Of a stretch of 43,550 bases of DNA, positions 39,072 to 43,550 are shown piece by piece (the first letter of the stretch is position 1; each line of letters begins with the position of its first letter). Origin of the DNA: Candidatus Woesearchaeota archaeon (GTDB lineage Archaea; Nanobdellota; Nanobdellia; Pacearchaeales; GW2011-AR1); assembly GCA_964465625.1 (NCBI GenBank), contig CAYXIC010000001.1, positions 1 through 43,550 on the forward strand, read 5' to 3'. A program made the translations under genes and the position numbers. The notes below the pieces were generated by a model. That model worked only from the letters and a program-made list of their open reading frames with translations. It did not search any database and had not been told where the DNA came from.

Positions 39072-39785
39072 ATGGTTCTTAAAACTGCAATCATAATTGC
39101 GGGAGGCAAAGGTACGAGATTAGAGGAAAGGACAGAGGATCTTCCAAAGCCGTTGATTCCTGTCAACGAAAAACCAATTCTTGAGAGGATTATTGAATGG
39201 CTCGCAAAAAGCGGCGTTAAAAAGATAGTGATAGGGGTTGCCTACAAAAAAGATATGGTTAAGCATTATTTTGGCGACGGGAGCGATTTTGGTATTGAAA
39301 TAGTCTATACGGAGCACAATGAAAACGGCGGGACAGAAGACGCTTTCAAGGCGGCTATAGACCAATCAAAAATTTGTGATATCGAGGAAAATTTTTATGC
39401 CATGAACGGGGACCAAATAACAGATCTCTCACTGGACAATCTTGAAAAACATCATTTAAAAAATGATTCAATAGTAACGATAGCTACGATAAATTTAAGG
39501 ACTAATTTTGGCATTATTCGCATAGATGATGTTGGAAAAATCAGGGAATTCAGGGAGAAGGGGGAATTAAAAGATAAGAAAATGAATTCTGGCATTTATG
39601 TTTTCAACAAAAAAATAAGGGATGTGCTAAAAGGGGGAAATATTGAAGAAAATGCGTTCAAAAAGCTTGTTGGCATTGGAAAGATACATTCATTTCATCA
39701 TGAGGGCATATGGCTGACTGTCAATGATAAAAAAGAGCTCAAACATGCAGAAGAAACATTAAAAAGCATGGGGGATTCGCAATAA
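39072..39785 (+). CDS. sugar-1-phosphate nucleotidylyltransferase
   Basis: AIIIAGGKGTRLEERTEDLPKPLIPV is the signature G-x-G-T-R-L...K-P-L motif. Confidence 0.8.
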   Translation: MVLKTAIIIAGGKGTRLEERTEDLPKPLIPVNEKPILERIIEWLAKSGVKKIVIGVAYKKDMVKHYFGDGSDFGIEIVYTEHNENGGTEDAFKAAIDQSKICDIEENFYAMNGDQITDLSLDNLEKHHLKNDSIVTIATINLRTNFGIIRIDDVGKIREFREKGELKDKKMNSGIYVFNKKIRDVLKGGNIEENAFKKLVGIGKIHSFHHEGIWLTVNDKKELKHAEETLKSMGDSQ

Positions 39786-39792
39786 GAATAAG

Positions 39793-40236
39793 ATGAAGAT
39801 ACTGTTAGTTTACAGGACGGAAAAGGACAAGACCGGGAAAACTGTAAAAGAGATAAAGGAAAGACTGGAAAAGATTGGACAGAAGGTTGAACTACTTTCA
39901 AGAGAGGACGACCTTAACATGAATTCTCTTTCCAGTTCAATGGGAAGCCTTTCTGCAGCAATAGAAAAGAAAAACAAGGAAAATAATTATGATATAATCT
40001 ATACTCATGACTGGAGCATAGCCATGCCCTTATTGATTCCATCAAGGGTTTTATCTGAGAAACACTACTGTCTTTTTCATGATATTGAGCCTTCCGGGGC
40101 CAAATCCAGAATTTTGCAGAGAATTGTCGGGAATATGATGGGTGAAAAGCTGTTGGTAAAAACCAAAGAATTAAGTGACAAATTCCCTAAAGCCGTATTT
40201 TCTTCTGATGGGATAACTAAAGAAATATCAAAATGA
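39793..40236 (+). CDS. hypothetical protein, 147 aa (resembles an isolated GT-B N-terminal half)
   Basis: MKILLVYRTEKD...YDIIYTHDWSIAMPLL resembles the first Rossmann half of GT4 enzymes. No C-terminal catalytic half follows. Confidence 0.4.
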   Translation: MKILLVYRTEKDKTGKTVKEIKERLEKIGQKVELLSREDDLNMNSLSSSMGSLSAAIEKKNKENNYDIIYTHDWSIAMPLLIPSRVLSEKHYCLFHDIEPSGAKSRILQRIVGNMMGEKLLVKTKELSDKFPKAVFSSDGITKEISK

Positions 40237-40251
40237 ATTTTGATATCATTA

Positions 40252-40261
40252 ATTTTAAATA
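40252..40261 (+). promoter_or_regulatory. TATA box, leaderless-type spacing
   Basis: ATTTTAAATA ends 22 nt before ATG 40283. Confidence 0.4.
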
Positions 40262-40282
40262 TGATATTTCTAATCTTAAATC

Positions 40283-41278
40283 ATGAAAACGGCACTAATC
40301 GCGGGAATAACGGGGCAGGACGGCAGCTATCTTGCAGAATTCTTGCTGGAAAAGGGCTACAAAGTTTATGGGTTAATTAGGAGGACTTCTTGGCCAAATA
40401 CATTTAGGATAGAACATATCCTTGATAAAATTGAGTTAATTAAGGGAGATCTTCTTGATCAGCAATCCCTTAACAGGGCGGTTCTTTTCTCCAAGCCAGA
40501 TGAAGTGTACAATCTTGCCGCCCAATCTGTAGGTGGCGAAACTGCTTGGAAAATGCCTGAATTTACTGGAGAAGTTAATGGACTTGGGGCTCTGAGAATG
40601 CTTGAAGCTGTTAGAATAGGGTGTGAGGTTTTGGGAAAAAAGATAAGATATTATCAAACTTCCTCTGGATATTTATTTGAAAAGGCCTCCGAAAACCCTC
40701 AAAGTGAGAACACCCCTCTTAGGGCAACGTCAAACCCCTATACGATTGCGAAGCTCTATGCCCACTATGCAGGAATTGCGTACCGTAAAGATCATGGAAT
40801 GTTTGTTGTGAATGGAATAACTTTGAGTCATGAATCCCCAAGAAGGGGTTTTGAATTCGTTACCAGAAAAATAAGCAGAGAGGTTGCAAAAATCTCTCTG
40901 GGTTTGTCTAATGAACTTCTAATAGGAAACTTAGAAGGGCAAAGAGATTGGGGTTTTGCTGGAGATTATGTAGAAGCTATGTGGCTTTCATTACAAAAAG
41001 ATGTTCCTGATGATTATGTTTTAGCGTCGGGAAAATTGCACTCTGTAAGGGATTTTGTCGAGGAAGCATTTAATTTTGTTGGACTGGATTGGAAAAAATA
41101 TGTTAAACAGGACCCAAAATTCATACAAAGAAAATTGGACGAACCTTTATATGGTGATTCAACAAAAGCGCGCGAACAACTAGGATGGGAACCCAAAGTT
41201 AATTTTAAGGAACTTGTTCATATGATGGTTAAGCATGATCTGGAAGAGTTAAAAAGTAAGAATAAAAATGAGATATGA
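40283..41278 (+). CDS. gmd: GDP-mannose 4,6-dehydratase
   Basis: MKTALIAGITGQDGSYLAEFLLEKGYKVYGLIRRTS is the hallmark Gmd N-terminus. Also has YTIAK (YxxxK) and NGITLSHESPRRG. Confidence 0.85.
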   Translation: MKTALIAGITGQDGSYLAEFLLEKGYKVYGLIRRTSWPNTFRIEHILDKIELIKGDLLDQQSLNRAVLFSKPDEVYNLAAQSVGGETAWKMPEFTGEVNGLGALRMLEAVRIGCEVLGKKIRYYQTSSGYLFEKASENPQSENTPLRATSNPYTIAKLYAHYAGIAYRKDHGMFVVNGITLSHESPRRGFEFVTRKISREVAKISLGLSNELLIGNLEGQRDWGFAGDYVEAMWLSLQKDVPDDYVLASGKLHSVRDFVEEAFNFVGLDWKKYVKQDPKFIQRKLDEPLYGDSTKAREQLGWEPKVNFKELVHMMVKHDLEELKSKNKNEI

Positions 41279-41834
41279 ATTTCTTAGTTATCCAGATAAC
41301 TTTGAACATAATCCGATTTCAGATATTATTTTGAAATACGTCAAACACGGGCCTGTTCTTGATATAGGATGCGGAAACGGAAATCTGCTCATGCTTTTGA
41401 AAGACAGGTTTGATGTTGAGGGCTTTGACATATCAAAAGTTGCTGTGGATTTAGCAAAAAAAAGGGGGCTTAACGTAAAAGAGGCGGGCATAGAAAACTT
41501 CAAAACCAAGAAAAAATTTAAAACAATTCTTATGATAGGACTCCTTGTTCTTGCAAAAAGCCCCGAGGTGTATCTTCATATCGCAGAGAAGTGGCTTGAT
41601 GAAAAAGGAATAATCATGCTTACAATTCCAAACGGAAATGCGCTGAAAAATGCTTTTGGTCTGGCAAAAAAAAGAAATAAACATCATCTTTATTATCCAG
41701 GTTATTTTGAATTCAGGAAATTTTTAAGAAAAAACGGCTTTCAGGTTTTGGATCTTATTGGCACAGGGAAATTTTCTAAATTTCCTTTTTTGAGCTCTGT
41801 GATTTTTTATATAATAAAACCAGGAAATCGTTAA
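41268..41834 (+). CDS. class I SAM-dependent methyltransferase
   Basis: VLDIGCGNGNLL motif I. Overlaps the gmd 3' end by 11 nt. Confidence 0.7.
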   Translation: MRYEFLSYPDNFEHNPISDIILKYVKHGPVLDIGCGNGNLLMLLKDRFDVEGFDISKVAVDLAKKRGLNVKEAGIENFKTKKKFKTILMIGLLVLAKSPEVYLHIAEKWLDEKGIIMLTIPNGNALKNAFGLAKKRNKHHLYYPGYFEFRKFLRKNGFQVLDLIGTGKFSKFPFLSSVIFYIIKPGNR

Positions 41835-41878
41835 TTAGTAATTCATTTTCATAAAATATATAAATTAACATATACCAA

Positions 41879-41887
41879 CTTTAAAAA
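41879..41887 (+). promoter_or_regulatory. TATA box, leaderless-type spacing
   Basis: CTTTAAAAA ends 21 nt before ATG 41908. Confidence 0.4.
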
Positions 41888-41907
41888 CCCAGTAAATAAA
41901 TATTGAA

Positions 41908-43550
41908 ATGGAAGAAAAAATTATTAGGTGTGAAATATGCTCGAGCCAAAATATGTATGAGGTTCTAGATTTGGGACATCAACCACCAAGTGATGCCTTT
42001 TTGTCTGAAGCAAAATTAAACGAAGAAGAGATTTTCTATCCGTTGAAAGTGTTTTTTTGCGAAGATTGCAAACTTGTTCAGCTTAGTTATGCGGTAGATC
42101 CAAAAATTCTATTCACAGATCAATATGTTTATACTTCAAGTTCAAACAAAGGAATTTTATCCCACATGAGGACTCTAACGGAAAATATGATAAAAGAACT
42201 TAATCTTGATTCTAAGGACCTAGTTATTGACATTGCATCCAATGACGGTTCATTACTTCAAGAATTTGCAAAGTACAAAGTAAGAATCCTAGGCGTAGAT
42301 CCTGCAAGCGTGGCGGACATAGCAATAAAAAACAATATTCCGACAATCAAAGATTTTTTTAATGAAAACTTAGCAAAATTGATTTTACAGAAATACGGCA
42401 GGGCAAAATTAATAACGGGGCTTAACGTGATTCCACACGCGAAAGAATTGACATCTGTAATAAACGGAGTAAAATTGCTCCTTGATGATAAAGGTATTTT
42501 TCTGACAGAATCGCATTATCTAGCAGACATGATGGAAAAACTCCAATACGATGAAATTTACCATGAGCACTTGAGATATTTTTCAGTCACAGCACTTGTC
42601 AATATTTTTAATCGCTTTGGTATGGATGTATTTAATGTAGAACACATTCCAATGCATCCCGGAACCGGAGGAGAGATTCGCGTACTTGCGTGCAAAAAAG
42701 GTGATTATCCTATTTCAGATTCAGTAAGATTTTTTCTTGAAGAGGAAAGAAAATCTAATCTAAATTCGCACGAAAATTTTTATAATTTTAGAAAAAAGGT
42801 AAATGACAACAGAAAAAAATTAAACACAATAATTCACGAAATTAAATCTAAAGGTTGCAAAATAATTGGGATTGGTGCACCGGCCAAAGGCACCACTTTG
42901 TTAAATTTTTGCAAAATAGACTCAAGCAAGATTGATTATCTGGTCGAGGTAAATGAGTTGAAATTTGGCAAGTATTCTCCAGGTATGCACATTAAAATAT
43001 TCCCAGAGCCAAAACTTTTTGAAGAAAATCCAGAGTATGCATTATTATTGTCTTGGAACTTAAAAGATACCATAATACCAAAACTAAGGGAGAAAGGCTA
43101 CCGTGGGAAGATAATTATCCCAAATCCCAATCCAGAAATAGTTGAAGATATAGAAAAAATTTATAAATCCCCGTCTCAAGATAAAAAAATGGAAACAGAA
43201 AATAAAGATCTAAAAGTAAAAAAAATTACAGTAGTACATGAAGATGAAAGAAGAAAAATATTTGATGTTATTGATGGGGAGGAATTTGTGCATGTAGGAA
43301 GGATTATACATAAGCCAGGATCATGGGGCGGAGCCCATTATCATAAGCAAACAGAACAGATTAATTACATACTTAAAGGAAAGTTAAGGTATCTCACAAA
43401 AGATCTCTCCAAAAAAGGGAGCAAGGTAAAAGAAGTAATCTTGGAAGAGGGAGATATGTTGGTTGACCCTGTCCTTGAATGGCACGCCAGCGAAGCCCTT
43501 GAAGAAACTGATGCGCTGTTTTTCACAAAAAAGGCAAGAAAAGAAGGAGG
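41908..43550 (+). CDS. C-methyltransferase (TylCIII-like) fused in frame to a C-terminal cupin domain (3' partial, runs off the window)
   Basis: I translated the whole frame by hand and found no stop. Zinc ribbon CEICSS...CEDCKLVQL, SAM motif LVIDIASNDG, and a second Rossmann domain KIIGIGAPAKGT. After a short linker come cupin motifs GSWGGAHYHKQTE and GDMLVDPVLEWH. Absent from the ORF track because it lacks a stop. Confidence 0.75.
   Translation, partial: MEEKIIRCEICSSQNMYEVLDLGHQPPSDAFLSEAKLNEEEIFYPLKVFFCEDCKLVQLSYAVDPKILFTDQYVYTSSSNKGILSHMRTLTENMIKELNLDSKDLVIDIASNDGSLLQEFAKYKVRILGVDPASVADIAIKNNIPTIKDFFNENLAKLILQKYGRAKLITGLNVIPHAKELTSVINGVKLLLDDKGIFLTESHYLADMMEKLQYDEIYHEHLRYFSVTALVNIFNRFGMDVFNVEHIPMHPGTGGEIRVLACKKGDYPISDSVRFFLEEERKSNLNSHENFYNFRKKVNDNRKKLNTIIHEIKSKGCKIIGIGAPAKGTTLLNFCKIDSSKIDYLVEVNELKFGKYSPGMHIKIFPEPKLFEENPEYALLLSWNLKDTIIPKLREKGYRGKIIIPNPNPEIVEDIEKIYKSPSQDKKMETENKDLKVKKITVVHEDERRKIFDVIDGEEFVHVGRIIHKPGSWGGAHYHKQTEQINYILKGKLRYLTKDLSKKGSKVKEVILEEGDMLVDPVLEWHASEALEETDALFFTKKARKEG

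Noticed and set aside
1-43550. A search for CRISPR arrays, rRNA genes, IS elements, integrases and prophage modules.
   Set aside because: I saw no regularly spaced direct repeats, no rRNA-like sequence and no ORF with transposase, integrase or capsid-like motifs on either strand.

Overview
The window is a gene-dense archaeal contig. Compact overlapping genes, leaderless-type TATA promoters, an intron-containing tRNA and missing housekeeping neighbours suggest a small-genome DPANN-like archaeon; that taxonomic call is inference.

Layout:
- 1-9.5 kb: eL40, an M50 site-2 protease, the uL1-P0-P1 stalk operon, two tRNAs flanking a very AT-rich surface-protein gene, AMP phosphorylase and an AI-2E family permease.
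- 9.6-25.4 kb: the ribosomal-protein superoperon in canonical archaeal order from uL3 to uL15, followed by SecY and a DUF106/Oxa1-like insertase.
- 25.4-28 kb: prefoldin alpha, an eIF-2B-family (ribose-1,5-bisphosphate isomerase-like) gene and a SpoIIM-like membrane protein.
- 28-43.5 kb: an N-glycosylation and NDP-sugar island. It holds an AglH-like GlcNAc-1-P transferase, AglB with a WWDYG motif, WecB, Gmd, an SDR, a nucleotidyltransferase, glycosyltransferases, two small SAM methyltransferases and two TylCIII-type C-methyltransferases, one of them fused to a cupin.

Main observation: five unrecognisable ORFs (about 34-38% GC by hand count, against about 45-49% for flanking r-protein sequence) and a DEDDh exonuclease sit exactly in gene junctions of the r-protein superoperon. 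They use the operon's own ATGA and TAAAATG coupling junctions and supply the Shine-Dalgarno of the downstream r-protein gene. At the same time the RNase P protein gene Rpp29 and adk are absent from their conserved positions.

I saw no CRISPR array, rRNA gene, transposase or integrase. All functional calls rest on motifs read by eye. No database search was run.
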